Source of the DNA: Raillietiella orientalis
Taxonomy: Eukaryota
Direction: 5' to 3'
DNA length: 64,000 bases
Assembly: GCA_036172245.1 (NCBI GenBank)
Contig: JAYWIR010000061.1
Span: forward strand, 372,001-436,000
In this document: positions 1-14,700 of the stretch, piece by piece
Layout: each line of letters opens with the position of its first letter
Position numbering within the stretch: the first letter of the stretch is position 1
Program-made: the position numbers and the translations under genes
Notes under the pieces: generated by a model
Database searches by the model: none
Seen by the model: only the letters and a program-made list of their open reading frames with translations
Told to the model about the DNA's origin: nothing

Positions 1-1916
1 GATGCTCCCGATAGTAAGTTCGATTTGTATTTTGTAACGTTTTCTGCTTTCTATTGCTTCTGTTCTTTCAGCACACCCCAAATCGTAAACTAAACGTTCG
101 TTTTCGCTAAATTATAGACCCACGTTAATTATTCCTGAAATTTCGGCTCAAATGGCAAGAAGCAACGAAAACATCATCTTTGCTTTAAAACAGAATCAGT
201 TGTTTTAATAAACTAGCGCTCATATTTCTAGCCAAATTTGATTTTAATGTCATTTTGTGATAATGTAATTTGCAAATTGCCTGATTTTGAGGACCAAATC
301 CAAAAGAAATAAGTGCTTTTAATGAGGCGAATCTGAGCAAGACATTCATCTGGCATTTGTCAGCTATTATTTTAAACTTTACTATCCAACGTGAAATTGA
401 GTTTCTGAAACTGAGGCAATGGATGCAAAAAATGCATTAAACGAAATCACGCAGAGACTTAACAGAAACACCGGGAATTCTGACGTAAATTTTGAAGTGA
501 TCTACCGTCAGCTGGATTTTGGATATAGGTAGGGCGGGGCTAATTATTATGTCAATCCCAACCTAATTTTAAATTACAAAAAATGACTTCAAGAAAGATG
601 CTTTAGAAGTCAGCTCAGTTTATATCAGTGAGCACTTCGCTCAACATTATCATAAGTTATGACACATATGAGAATACTTGGGCTATTTTACGGTCATAAA
701 CACGTTCGACATTTGTATGTCATAGAACACACCAAGAAAGCAAACTACTCTATGGAACAGAAACTACTCTGAATTTGCACTTGCACATGCTTTGTGAGGT
801 CAAACTCTGGCAATCAGTTTCTTTAGAGAATTCTAATGAATACACTGGAAATGAAACTCGTGAGGAAGATTCAAAAGAGCACTAGTGTCGATTAGTATTG
901 TGTATAAGCTTAAAGCAATTCTGTGTTCAGCAGATCCCAAAAGATCAATTTAAGGAACTTAGCCATAATCAAGGAGTTTTAGAATTTTGGAATGGAGAGC
1001 AAAATGACGGAGATGAGATAAAGTGGACACCATCTAGTAGTTGTGGGTGTAACATCTTGTAAAGAACAATTTTTGTGTGAATAGCGGCATACACAAAAGT
1101 GAAACAAATACTCGAGAGGTATTCCCTTGCTCAATTGAATAAAATCAAGGTGATGTATCTTAATTGTATTAAAAAAGGAAATGCGATTTCTGCCAGTTCA
1201 GCGGAATAATATGTGACTCTGGTATAGTTAAAAAATAAAAGCAGTAAGACTTCAGGAATTGCAACATGGAAATGCTGTCTTAATATTCGCAAGGTAAAGG
1301 GTATGCAACTTTTTCACAATACTGCAATTTTTATATATTTCCTAAAGACCTTTTGAGGATATGTGTTTTCTAAATAAAATAATTCTTTCTTGGAAAGGAT
1401 TATTTGGCAAAGAATATTCACAGGCTGTTCCATGAAAATTTTACATTGAAAAAAGAATGATCTTCAAAGAATAAAAACAAGAATGGTTTCCTAATCCCAA
1501 AGTAAATTCTAAGGAAGTTAAAATTAGAGAACTATGAAAAGTCATTACCTAAGAAAGTCAATCGCTATCCATATCAAAAAAATTCAAAAGGAATTTCCAA
1601 TTAAAAAAAACAAATTCTTAGCAGTCAGTAACAGTAGAAAGAACGGGTCAGAATCTCGACTCCTGTGGGGATGCGAGTCCCTAGTTGATTAATCACGAAT
1701 GCGCATCTCCTAGATCAGCCAAATCACTCATTAAGAAAATATTTCAGTATTGGATATTTTATTTCATAAATTTAAACATTCGTTACAACGGATCATAAAG
1801 TCAGTTTTGTCCGTATTAAAAAAGTAGCAAGCTCGATTTTTTCCCCTCCGATCGACGAACGTTTTTCACGCGGATAATGTCAAAGAAATGCAAAAACACA
1901 AAAATTTGTGTACATA

Positions 1917-2100
1917 AGAGGCGCATCTCAAAAGTAAGGGCCGATCGGATAGAAAGGAAGAACAGATGAGAGAAACAAAAATGTATTGGTGGTTCTAAAC
2001 ACATAAATCCCCGTGACATTTTAAAATTATACGTAGTCACCATTTTTTTTTCCAAACACTTTTGATACCGTGGAAGAAGCTTTTTTTGAAAGCCTCTGCA
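1917..2100. repeat. Left arm of ~185-bp inverted repeat (partner 2544-2730)
   Basis: Reverse-complement match to 2544-2730. Both arms encode KKLLPRYQKCLEKK on opposite strands (ORFs 1816..2217 - and 2062..2631 +). Confidence 0.92.
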
Positions 2101-2543
2101 GGTGATCAAAAAGTTCCCATTTGGATTTCTGAATTGTCTGGAACGTGCGGACAACAGGGTGTGGGACCGAAAGGGTATGTTTCTGGTGGACTTTATGGAG
2201 CCTGCAACAACTATCACTTCGCAAGTCTACTGTGTAGAAACACTTTCAAAACACTGCGGCGTGTCATTCAGAACCGACGACGTGGAATGCTGACATCAGG
2301 AATCGTTCTTCTCCTTCAAGACAACGCGCGCCTTGGCAACGCATGCTGTCTTCACGTTCCAGACATTTCCAGACAATTCAAACGGGAACCTTTCCATCAC
2401 CCACTTTACAGTCCTGCCAGTGACTACCACCACGTCTTTCTTCCCGCACCTCCAGAAGTGGCTCAACGACTTGAGGGGGCAAGTGAGGAGTTGAAAACTG
2501 CAGTGCTGCTGAGCTGGACGAACCCCCAGGCGGCGGAATTTAA

Positions 2544-2730
2544 TGCAGAGCATCTCAAAAAGCTTCTTCCACGGTATCAAAAGTGTTTGGAAAAAAAAAA
2601 AAACCAGTGCCTACGTATAATTTTAAAATGACATAGGGATTTATCTGTTTAGAACCACCAATACATTTTTGGTTCTCTCATTTGTCCTTTCTTTCTATCC
2701 GATAGGCCCTTACTTTTGAAATGCGCCTCG
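2544..2730. repeat. Right arm of ~185-bp inverted repeat (native mariner 3' end)
   Basis: Reverse complement of 1917-2100; contains the transposase C-terminus, 3' UTR and terminal repeat. Confidence 0.92.
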
Positions 2731-3149
2731 TATGTCCAGTGAATTTACTTGACAGCAATGAAAGCGATCTTAAAATTACATCTTAAGCAGAACACCCTTG
2801 GAAATGAGAGAAAGTAAAATAAACTATGAAATTTGTTTTTTTTTTTGAGAAAAAAAATGACAAAAACTAACTACACCATTCGAAGTGTCTGGATGGGTTT
2901 CAGTAAAATACCGTGAAACAAACGTTTCAGACAAAAGTATGATGAAGAATTATGTGGTTTTAAAATAAGAACAAAATCCTCACTTTTTTTTAAACACTAA
3001 AACTTTACTGTATCCGAGATTATACGACTGCGTCCTGTATTTTCACGGTGAACAGCAGCCAGCCAGTCGTGTTTGAAAGAATTGTTAAAGCACTAACATA
3101 AAACAAATATTGCTCAATTAAGCAAATATTGCTTCCTACGTCTAATTCG

Positions 3150-4100
3150 ATAGGTATTTTGGTCATTTTGCTGAGAATTTATTGAATCAATATAATTCTA
3201 AAAATTGAAAAGGAGGACTGGATTTACATAGTTTTTAATAAAACTCAGGAAGTCATAAAGTTCTTTATGGCTTTCGACTTTATGATATTTCATTCCAAAA
3301 TATCGAATGACACTTTGAAGGGGAGAAGGAGAGAGAAACCTTATTCTCTACAAAGAGAGAATGAATTCAGATAGGTGAGTAGAGAAATTTTAAAAACTGA
3401 CCGATAAGATCAATTTATGAAATTATATGAATGGGATAATATTATAAAAAGCTCTAATTAAAGAGGGCAAAGAAACTTCCATAAAGACAGAAATGACATT
3501 TGAGAGCAAAAAGTATCCATTCTTTTATAGTGAGAATAATAGAAACAGCAAACACAAACAAACGAATTATTTTTAGGAAAAAATGAGAATCAAATAAAAC
3601 AAGAAAACTGCAGAGTAATGCTCGAAAGAGCTCGAGGATTTGACAACTGCGGTGTTTTATCATGACAAGACCAAAACCAGATTACAGTCGCCCAAAGCAG
3701 AGATTCATTTCCTACCTATTAGAAATACCTGAAGCAGACAAACAAAACGTGAAGCATGCTGCAGAAAGCTTTCAATTCTCAAATCTAGAATAGGCTTCAA
3801 ATCTCATCAGTGAAATGAAGTACAATGTTAGTCAGATTGATGCAAAGAATCAAAATAAATGAAATTACAAATTATAACAAAACTTTGCAGTAAGGAAATA
3901 GTTTATTCAAAAACTCATCCATGAGATAGATTGAAAATGTTTTGATCAGAGGTCGACATAAGGTCGATTTTGTTTAAAGATCATCGATTTTTACTTTCGG
4001 TAGGCAGTTTCACAAATACAAAGTAAAATGAATGCTTCATTTGAGCAAGATAGTGTTCATGTTTTTTAAAAAATCCACTGCATTGCTATTCATTCATTAG
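3150..4100 (+). pseudogene. Decayed fragment of large HEPN/DUF86-like ORF family (boundaries approximate)
   Basis: Manual translation gives CRVMLERA (3609-3632) and, after a frameshift, KTKTRLQSPK (3667-3696), parallel to VLLEKT...NSAEIPDMS at 54378ff. Many stops. Confidence 0.3.
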
Positions 4101-7100
4101 AAAATACTGCATTTATGAAACCCGAATTTTATCAGAATTACAGAATAGAAAGGCAAAACGAAGAAGAAAACAAACACACCAGTACAAACACTGATGAAAT
4201 TGCAACTTAATTTGAGACTGAATTTGTATTTGAAGTTGGACTTATTGGAGCTACTTATAAACTAAGTAGCTCGCCTAGTTAAGCGACGTAAAGTTTGCAC
4301 AATGGAAACTTGAGCACGACGCGCTAGATGCTGGAATCATAGGTAGTACAAAACAGTTTGGGGTTGTTACCACCCTAAATCATCCTTGCAAAGATTTTGG
4401 AATAGTTATATATTCCAAAACTGCATGTAATTTTGTGTAATTAGAGATCTTGTTTCATTTGACTTAATGATATCCCTACGCATTTTAGTCCCAAACAACT
4501 CGTAACTAATAATGTTGGCTAATCTGTGTCATGGTTGTCAAACGATGTAAATTAAGGAATCATGTTTGTTTATTAATTATTTATAGTTATTTATAATTGT
4601 AATTTAAAAGGACTAATTATGTAGATATTTCATGCTTACCTTATATTGCTTTAATAATGATTACAAATAACACGAAAACATGAGCTGATATATAATTGCA
4701 AGTCAGTAGTGTATGCATGAAATGAAACTTTGCACAATTCTGTGAGCACGTTACAGATTGCAAAATTGATAATGAAAGTTTCCAGAAAGTATGTTTAAGG
4801 AGATTAATGAGTTGTATTTATTTCTTATAGCTTTTTGTCCAAAGGGTTGATTCAAATTTAGTTTGAATCTTTGAATTAAGAACAAATTAATGCCTAAAGA
4901 TAGATTAAGAAATACAAAACGTCGATGATTGCCTATCGTCCTCTATTTTACACTTTCATAGTTTTCATCCGAAATCTCAGCATGCTTTTCCAGAATGCAA
5001 AAACACCATAAAAGATTGCAAATAGAGTAAAAAAAAAAAAATTGCATTTTTTTTTCAACCATTGAATGTTTTCTGTATCTTATTCCTGTACCCTCATTCT
5101 GCATCAGTGAGACTAATTTCCTTTCCTTGCAAAATATGCTCAATTACTTTGAAAATAATATCGCAGAAATATAGATATTTTGCTTCTTAGAGTATCAAAT
5201 AAAGAGACGTACAGACTTTATTATGCTTAGATGAAATTTTGAAATTCATGTAACTATTAATGAAAATCATAGGATTTTGTAACTCTTATAAAAAAAACTC
5301 GAAAATGATTTTCTCTTCAATAAATTCCGCTTACTCGATATTTTATTTACTTAATTTCACTAGTAACGCGTTCAGAAACATTTAATAAAATGCTATGGTA
5401 TGTTTTACTATTTTCGTAAGTTTAGCTTAAAATTACATTTCAGTTTCTGTGCTTTCAAGAAAAAAGGGCTCAGTATATTAGGAATCAATTAACCTCATGG
5501 GTACACAGTAATACAAAACAGATAGAGTTTGTAATTTATAATCAAAAACGCTGAGTTGATTAGAGTTTTTTTCACTTTTATTTGTAAAGATAGGGTCGAC
5601 GATATCACAGTACATGCCAAATAAGTTTAAAAATCGAATGCAATTCTCACATTTTATTAAAAAGTGTTTCAATAAGAAAGATGTTTAAAACACGCTGCAA
5701 ATATTACAACACAAAAAGTTTCAAAATGTCGTTACTTTGCTCAGTTCGCATTCTTCCCATCCAAATATAATAGTGTTCATAAGCACTCCATATCCATGTA
5801 AGAGCAAACAATTTTCTAATGAGGAGCATTTTAAAAGGCACTCGTGCTTGTCAACCTGACAAATGAAATTGACAAAATTACATGTTATTAAAGACAAATA
5901 GATGAACACATCCATAACAATCATTATGATGATAATTCAAGAATTCCCAACTACAAGGAAGCTGTCTCCGAAACACAAGCATACATCGATTTATCTTCAT
6001 TTTTTGGATTGGTCTACCAAAGAAATGCATATCAAACATTCCAATGAAAACATGAAATTACCATCATTATTTTTTTACAGTTACATGAGTTCAGCAGAAT
6101 TTTACTTTTAGAGCAAAGTATACAGAAACTAAGAGCGCAATCAGTCACACTCATATAAAATCTTGAACACAGTTAAAGTGACTATGGTTCAAGAGATTTC
6201 GAATTCCATAGACATTGTGATGAATAGAAGTTATCAGTAGAACATCAAACTATGCAAAATGCTCCGTATCGAGCAAATGCGATTACTGTAACCCTTTCTA
6301 TTTGATTTTCTTCATTCAATCGTCATAAGTAGGTTTTACCAGCGACTGCTTATTCTGTAATCAAACGAATACTCCCATTTTAAAGGAATTTTCTCAGCCA
6401 ATGGATTTTTTTTTTAAATAAATAAATAAGAGCAACTGCTGCATCTATCTTATGTGCTTGCGATTAGATATGTGCCATATGGATGGTTGTTCATTTACAG
6501 TACTTTCAGGAATAATATTCGCTTTCATAAAGTATGGTTCAGATTTCCACTTCTACTCATATTTACATATATATATCCATATTCGTAATTGTACATATGC
6601 ATATTCGTAATTCGCAGAGTAAGATCGATTAATCTAGTAGATAATGTTTATGTCATGATAGAATTTGAATAATGTAGTACTAGAAATGTAACAACGGAGT
6701 TTCATTCGTGAATTCGTACGTTCTAAACTCGTTCCAAAGCATGCTTATGCTTCAACATTAAGGTATACCTGTATTATGTGTGCGAATTTTTTTTTTGACC
6801 TATTCATTTCTGTAATGCAAGTGCTGTTTCAGTAAGAAATTTTCAAACACTGTTTCAAGAGACTTCAGTGAAGAGTGCATTAGAATTGTACATATTATGG
6901 GATCTATTTACTATCTCTCCATTTGGTCACTACAATTTCCTCATGCATAAATATGCTCCTCGCAAATTTCACTTCAGTCACAAATACATACTTCAACATC
7001 CTCGTATTCTGTGCTTACCATTGCCATATATTACAGAGAATAAGGAATTAGAGATTATGTTATACTGATTTGCAAATTTTTTCTTTCATTTAATAATCGC

Positions 7101-7499
7101 CATTAGAGGTCGTTGAATTACTATCGATTTACACTGATATCATTGAATGCATGCATGTTTTAAAATTTATAACAAACATTCCGATATGACTGCTACGGAA
7201 CATACATAAGGTTTAAAGGTTCATTGAAGAAATTATAGCTTTTCTGATTTATAAATTTACACATGCTCTCAATAATGTTTGCTCATAATTGCCATCAGAT
7301 ATTTCTTTTGTTATCATCCGCACTACAGAAATGTTTTAATGCAACGCAGTCTGTCTTCACCACTTGGTGTAATAACATGAAATTTGAAACCATTAAATTT
7401 CGTAAGCTTTCAAAAACACTTACATAACGTACTTAGACTTTTTTTCGATTCTTTTCCATGATTACGTAGAAGTTTTTTTTTTCTTTGAAACATTCTTCA

Positions 7500-10400
7500 A
7501 TTCTATAATGTTCATTGTTTGCAAAAGTTTCCTGCCTATTAGAGCATCTACTCCCTTAAAACACCAAAATCACTAAGGGTTCTAGAACGACGAAAATTAG
7601 TTCAACGTATAGTCTGTTGATAGCATTGTTTCTTTAGCGGCTGACTGAGCACACCTATCTATGCAGATAGAAACCATGTCTCATAAGTAACTCATCTGCT
7701 TCAACTGCTTTTGGCCCGAGGTTGACCCTAACGAAGATCATCTGATATTTCTTACGAAGGAAAACTCATAAACAATTGAAAAGTGTTCCATGCTGTCCTT
7801 CATGTGTCGATTGTGTAAGATACTGAGAGATTCTTAGAAGAATGCTTTAATAATAATTTTGGATCCAAGGATGCAATATCAGATTAGGACATCCATTGAT
7901 GATGGTCCCAAGAAACCCTGAAAAGAGTCATTATAGGAATAACTGAGATTCGACGAACCACACAACAACCACAGAATTCTCAAGTTTGTCATACATGCAG
8001 TGTTTCTTGATTCCAAGATTCCAATTCTTCAGCTATTAACAACTCACATCATCTTTTCTAGGTCTCTAAATATCACTGAGAATTAATGGTCAAGATCCAA
8101 GCAACTTTTCTAAAATTTTAACTCTCTGATCATACTGATAAATTTCTCTTTGGAAACGTTGCCAGGCAGTTAAACGGTTTTTATTCTTAGTAGCCGTGGA
8201 TAAGTTTATTTCAATGATAAGTTGATTTCAATTTCACTATGATAAAATTACGAATATCTATTAGTACAACCAGATATTCCTATCACATCATTAAATATAA
8301 ATTAAAGATTATTCATAGTATTCCAATTCTAAGACTGAGCTCCTAATTTGCATTTTGTAATCCATTTTGCGTGTTAAGCATAATCCATGTTGCTTTGATA
8401 ACATGAATTAGCTCAGTGATTGGACTGTACTACCACAACGATAACTTGCATCTTATATTAGTGTACTGTATTTAATGAATTACATCAATCTTTTACATTA
8501 TGAATCCATTGCATTTAGATGTATACACTAACGAATATTTATTAAATATTTGCAATATTATATACAGTAGGCTTTATTTATGTAATCCTTATTTCATTTC
8601 TAAATTTTTTCACTTCTACAGAGTGATTTTTAAATACCTTTATAATTAGCTGACATCTTTTGCGCGTTTTTCCGGTCTTTTCTGTAATCCACTGTAGCAG
8701 AATCTTCATTGCATTAGGTAATCTTCCATAAAACGTAAACTTGTTTCAACGCGTTTACTTTGATGAAATAAGTCAGGATGATCGCTTTACCGTATTGCAG
8801 ATTGAATTCTTTAGCCTAATGAGATAATTCTCCGATATTATGGTAGCCACAATCGGATTTTATTTGATCCTTGTTAAGATATGTAATGCATGTATTTTAG
8901 TGATTCTTAATAATTCATTCTCAGTTTCTCTGGTTTACGAGTTGAATTTTTTGATTTAATAATCTGTTGCCTCAAATTCCAAGTAATTGTATCTGAAGCA
9001 TCAACCAACAGTGAAATTCGATGAGCATTCTAAATTTGTATGAGGAAATCCACACTATTGATTGAATGTTAATGTATCATAGAAAGAGTTATCGAATATC
9101 AAATTGTCATTTTATTTTTATTTCATTTTCTTAGTCACCCTTGATACACTCCCTCCCTACATTCGTGAGACTGCTTTAGTTTTCACATAATTTTCTATGA
9201 TTCATTTGAATACAGATGTTAATAGAAATTCAGAGTCTTCCTTTACTATAATTATCACGCTGCTCTATTTTTGCGGCATCAATTTAAAATATAAAGTCAA
9301 AAATCAATCAATATTTTATATATGAAATGTATTCTCTTGAAATTACAAGACAGACGTTGGAAATTTTTCCTATATCTTCTTTTTGAACAAACATCCAAAA
9401 ATTAATCTGAAAAGAGCCTAAAAACCTAATCATCCATCTAAATACAAATGCGACGAATTCAGTACAATTTCAGGAATTCCGAAAAGACTCTAAATGAACT
9501 TTATAAAGTATTTTGTCTGCAAACTAAATATAATATCGCATTTAAATAACATTTCCATACTATTCACATTTTTCATGAGAGCTGACTGAAATGTTTTGTA
9601 GTTTTAGCTCAGAAGTGACTGTAATTTTTAAAAACAAAGAGAGAGAGAGAGATTTCCACGATGATACTTTCCAAAATTAATAACAATTTTATTACATGGT
9701 TATTTTTCTTATGCAATTGAAACTGAGAAAATGAGGACTCTGTGAACAGATCGGTAGTTGTATTTAGTAAATAGGAGAATCTTTCCTTAATAATTAATGC
9801 AAACAATTACAATTTCATTAGGTTTCTTCATGATCATATCTTAATGGACAATGTATGGGCGAGCAGATTTCGATTTAAAGAGTGAGAAGATAACCAGAGG
9901 TGCACAATCTCCTTTCTCTACACAACAAAGTGTAGACTCAAATAGGAATAAAATGTCAAATTAGCGGGCTCACCTTACTAAAATAATCCATTAAAATTCT
10001 TAGACGTTCCTTCGTGGAATATAAACAAGTAGAACGCTTGAAAAACAATCCAATGTCCTGAAACTAAGACGGTTCAGTTAACCTCAGGCACGTTAATAGA
10101 GTTCCTTTCCTTTCAGACAAATAAAATATTTGAAATATGGAATATAGATTTTATGCAATTGTTAAGTACAGGTATAGTTTTTAGAGTACGAAGTGGTTCA
10201 GAACAGATATGTGTATTCATTTTCAAAACAGCGTATCCGTTACTGCTTAATCTAACATCCAAGGATGTATGTTATTATTGAGTTTTTATAAATGTCCACT
10301 CTCATAGTGATATCTGGTTCTTAGTTCTTAGCTGCTTAAGCTAGCATAGTTTTTTTTGTCTTCACGTCTGCAGTGTTTTTACGTTTCACGTTTGCAGTGC

Positions 10401-13400
10401 CTTCGGTTCCCATCAAACTTCAAGCTTTGAAAGCAATGCTTGCATTAATTTCGTTTTTAAATATTTTTCCAAAAAGAATGCAAAGTTTTTTTATTGCTTT
10501 CATGTCAGTTGCGATGGAATATAAGAAGAAACGCTTTAATGACTTTTATCCTTTGTTTTAAATCATGAATATAAATGATATAGTTATTATTTCTGTGTTC
10601 ATTATTCAAGATAGAGAATTTCGCCTTCAGAATCTGAATCGCCTTCAAAATGACAATTTCGACTTCATAATTTAAAGTGCATTTTCTTGAGAATACTCAA
10701 TTTAAATGATTACTAGCTGAATAAAGGCCATGCATTAAAGTCATCTTTTGCTGGTTTTAAAAAATATTTTAAGTAAATTTTTCTTGGTGTTAAAAATAAT
10801 ACTTGAAGGTAGTAATCAACTGGTATAGTCTCAAATAATATACAGGAGAATAAGGATTCTTTTGGATTTTCCTTTCTATATTTTTTTAAAGCATCGGATG
10901 GAATGGAAAAGATATCCTCGTTATCTGAATAGAACAACGCATTCGCTTCTTTGATGGAAGGACATTGCAATGGTGCTCTTTCCTTCTACTCTCAGGAAAG
11001 TCATAAGTTTTTAATCACTCCTTAATAAGTTCCACTATTTCATTCTGTGATTTATGAACCAGATCATTGCTGTTTAAAATTTTTCTTACATTAGGATCTG
11101 ATATTAGTTTTGTGTAAATGGAGGGTTTCAGTTGAAGTTTTTCTAAATACCATTCGTCGTGATGCTGTCTTTATCTCTCTCTGAATTTTACATATTTATT
11201 TGCATTATGTATCTGAAGATCCTCAAACCTAGTTCCTCGGTCAGTCAAAGCTTAGTTTTCTTGTGAAGTTGCAATTTAACTTTGAGATATTTAGTGCTTC
11301 ACAGAGATGCTTTTTTTGAATAAAAAAAAAAATCCCGTGCTTTACACAAAAAAAGAAGTTTTCTCTTCAAATTTCGAGGCCTGCTTTGATGTGCTTCGAA
11401 AACCAAGCAATGAAGAAGTCATGGGAAGCAACTGTGAGCTGCACTAGGCAGAGTCGAATTGCAAGCAAACTTTCTCTCGTAACTGCGAACGGAAAGCACT
11501 ATCTGGAGGCTCATTGTACGTCATGCATTGCGCCCGTGTTTGTGTATGATCGGTTTCTCATGTGGCGGTCCGGTAAATTGCATGAAGGAACAGTCCCAGA
11601 AGAAAACCAACATCTCACGGTTGAAGTCTTTGGACTTGAGGAACAGCTCTGTTGCAAAGCTTCTAATTCTAGTTTATTAAAACTTCATTTCAGTACCTCT
11701 CTGAGAGTTCAGTTGTATATAACATCCGTTTAATGCTAATTTTTTCTTTTCATTAATCAGTCAACAGGTTAACTGCTTGCGTTTTGAATAATTTACAAAA
11801 GAAATATATTTTCAGTAATCACTAGGACTGTTGTTCCAAAAAATCTGCAAGAGTTTTGTTTCTTTTTCCGTTTTTCTTTTCTGCATCCTTAAACTGCTTC
11901 TCCATTCCATATTAATACCTTATTTCCATCTGCTTCAAAATGTTTACAGATCTTAAGAATCCAATGTTCTAGTTTGATTCCATAAATCACTCTTTCATTA
12001 GCTTCTTTATGGTTAAGCTTCCCTTACTTTATTCGTAAAATATTCCGGTGTCATAATAATTAGAATATTCAGGAAGGGAGAAGTTGGGGGAGAGTGCTGG
12101 AGTAATATGTTGAAATCATTACGATCAATATCAAAATATTCCTTCATACTAATCAATTAGTAATCGTCGCTCATTTATTATCATTGCACTTAAGAAGATG
12201 CTTAACAATCATTTAGAATCAATATCTGTACCACTTCCGTCTTGAGAGATTGAAGATTTGTCTCAAATGTTTTTTCACAATTGAACACAAGTATCTGCTT
12301 TTGAGTCAGCACAGAAAATTCTTTATCCTGGATTCCATTAAGTTTTTTGAACACTAAATTTTTCACTATTTCCAATCTATTTCAAACTAGAATTCATAGA
12401 TACCAAAACATTCAATTCTTTTATGCTAGAAAAATGAGCAGTCGTGTATATACTTTTCAATTTTATTGTTAGTACACCTTAATTAATAGCTTTGTTAAAG
12501 AGGAAATAAAGTGTTGTAAATGCTACTTAATATCGAAAATCGTTGTGAAGTTTCATCAGAAAACATTCTTTTATTTATCATACTCTCTTGATTTGTACTT
12601 AGGGTTCGCTTGAATATGTAAACTTCCTCATCCTTTCTGTGTTGCTTTATATACTCCCACGTTTCTCTTTCTGATGTAATTCTATTTGAAAGAAAAAATT
12701 TATACTCCACATACTTTAGAGAAACTAATACTATGCAGTCTGAATTTCCACAGTTTCGCTGACTTCGAAATCGGTTGCTGAAGTTCCACAATGCATTCTT
12801 CATTTCTAATTACGTTTCATTTATAGGAAGGCATTAATGAAGTACCATCTGGTTTCATTAAACTTCCTTTAATCACACTATTTTCTCAACCCGCTTGTCG
12901 GAACATTTGCAGTTTCCATTAGGGGAGAAATACATGCATACTGGATTTTGCATTTTCACTGCTGCAATCGATTTCATGCATTTCAAAAATAATTATGAAA
13001 ATCTTGTAGATTTATCACTGGAAATTGTTTCTCGATGGCTTTAATTGTAGTTTCATTTTCATTCTCATTGGCATAGGCGCGTTTATTTCCCCTCATTCTG
13101 ATCGTTTTCGATAATTTTTATTTTTTATTTTCTAACGTTTCATCAAAAGGCTAGCCGGTCCACATCATTGATTTCTTTTGCAGGTTGTTTATATGCTTTT
13201 GTTTTCACATTTTGCATCCACTTTGCATTCTTTTTGTATCATCGGCAGAATTCCGAGAAGTACACCTCCAATATCTACTGCAATTGCTTGCGTATGAATC
13301 GGTCGTATGCCCTTAGCATCCAAGAACTCAATCAAAATTACATGAATAAAAACAAGGAAAATCCGAATCTTACAGCTGATTCTTAGTTCCACTTCTAAAT

Positions 13401-14700
13401 GTAAAAACTGATCCTTATTCGATTTTCTTTCTTCATTGCAACACGTTTGTTTATGTGTATCATCATGGATAGCAACCATCCTATTGATGTTTTGTTTCTT
13501 ACCAGTTATTGCATGTGCACCACATACTTGCTCTACTATTTTTGAATGCTCTTTACACTACTTTCAAGATTCACTTTAATTCCACATCGAAAGTTGCTAT
13601 AATTTAAATCTTCTTCTCACGTTGTCTTGTCTATTCACGAAATTCCGCACATCCACAATGATCAGGAACATTACAGATGACAGGATTCATTCAAGAATTC
13701 CTTTTTTGAGTTTTGCAAATAAGAATACTAATGTAAGTCTTAGAAATCAGTATTTCAGACTTTCGTTTTTGAAATCACTTTCAGTTCTAAGAATAAGTTA
13801 TCCATATGATCTCATCTCTAAAGACAAATTTAAAGGGAGGTAACAAACAGTTTTCTTGCCTGGTATTGGAATTCTGATATTGCAGTAATTTTTTTTACAT
13901 ACTTATTTGCATTTTATCGTGAAAAACACATGTTTAAATCTATAATTTCAGCTCTCATATAACACAAGTTTATTAATATTTTTTATTATTTCAGTACTGT
14001 ACATATTATAATCTAACCATCATCAGAAGACTTGTATTTTCATTCCAGTTGTCAGCCTTTCCAATCATCATAGGGAAAAGACGAATTTCAGCTTCTAAAC
14101 TGGTACGCCAATATTCCAAAACATGTAAAAAAGCTTTCGAAGTTATGCTGAGATTACTCAAATCACGAACTGAAAACAAAAATTCATTTCACTTTCTCAA
14201 TATAGGCATCTCATGTGAAATTAAATCTGCAATTTAGGTTCCATGCTTAAAATGAAGCCTGTTGCTTGTAAGGTATCCTGAATAGAATGCAATTGACTTA
14301 CATTTGAAATAATTCCCTAACTGAAAACTTCAATTTGTTTGTCAGGATATGTTCCGAAACTGATTCGTATGCGTTTAAATTGTAACGGTGCTTTGAATCA
14401 TTTCGACGAAATTGAGTGTATCAACAAGTACATACAAATTCATTTGTTAAAAAGTAAATTTAATAAAATGCTGGATATCTGTCTGTACATGCTTTTTTTT
14501 CTTAAAGAAATGTGGAATGGAAGACAGTATTCGTAACACTATTCCATGGAAATAAAATGAGATTGAACAATTTCATTTTCGAATCTGAGAGCACAAATGC
14601 TACCTAGAATTCATTACTGTAACACTGAAAATATCATCAAGATGAAGATATTCTCCAAATTATACTGTACTCAATATATCTGTGGTCACTGATTCCATTC
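7500..14700 (-). pseudogene. Multi-kb decayed ORF, probably two tandem modules of the HEPN/DUF86-like family (boundaries approximate)
   Basis: Protein-like minus-strand stretches broken by stops and frameshifts: FLHVLEYWRTSLEAEIRLFPMMIGK (~14060-14135), EEVYIFKRTLSTNQESM (ORF 12495..12803), LNNCIKSIFHISNILFV*KERNSINVPEVN*TVLVSGH (10054-10166), SSMDVLI*YCILGSKIIIKAFF*ESLSILHNRHMKDSMEH (7783-7902). The last two resemble each other. Confidence 0.4.
12026..12100 (+). repeat. Short interspersed repeat, copy 1 (copy 2 at 15220-15292)
   Basis: actttattc(g/t)taaaa followed by ggaagg(g/a)a(g/a)aagtt(g/a)ggggagagtgctgg is shared with 15220-15292. Confidence 0.7.

Larger units (their letters stand above)
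1917..2730 (+). mobile_element. Non-autonomous mariner-family DNA transposon derivative (internally deleted, long inverted ends)
   Basis: Flanked by TA at 1915-1916 and 2731-2732. The ends are inverted copies (agaggcgcatctcaaaagtaagggcc... / ...ggcccttacttttgaaatgcgcctcg). Frameshifted mariner transposase motifs inside: VWDRKGMFLVDFMEPATTITSQVYC, RRGMLTSGIVLLLQDNAR, HPLYSPASDYH, KKLLPRYQKCLEK. Confidence 0.9.

Noticed and set aside
14019..14075. SSDD and DNWNEN motifs suggesting an endogenous negative-strand RNA virus polymerase
   Set aside because: The two motifs are in different frames and adjacent, not at polymerase motif A/C spacing, and no other L/PB1 motifs were seen.
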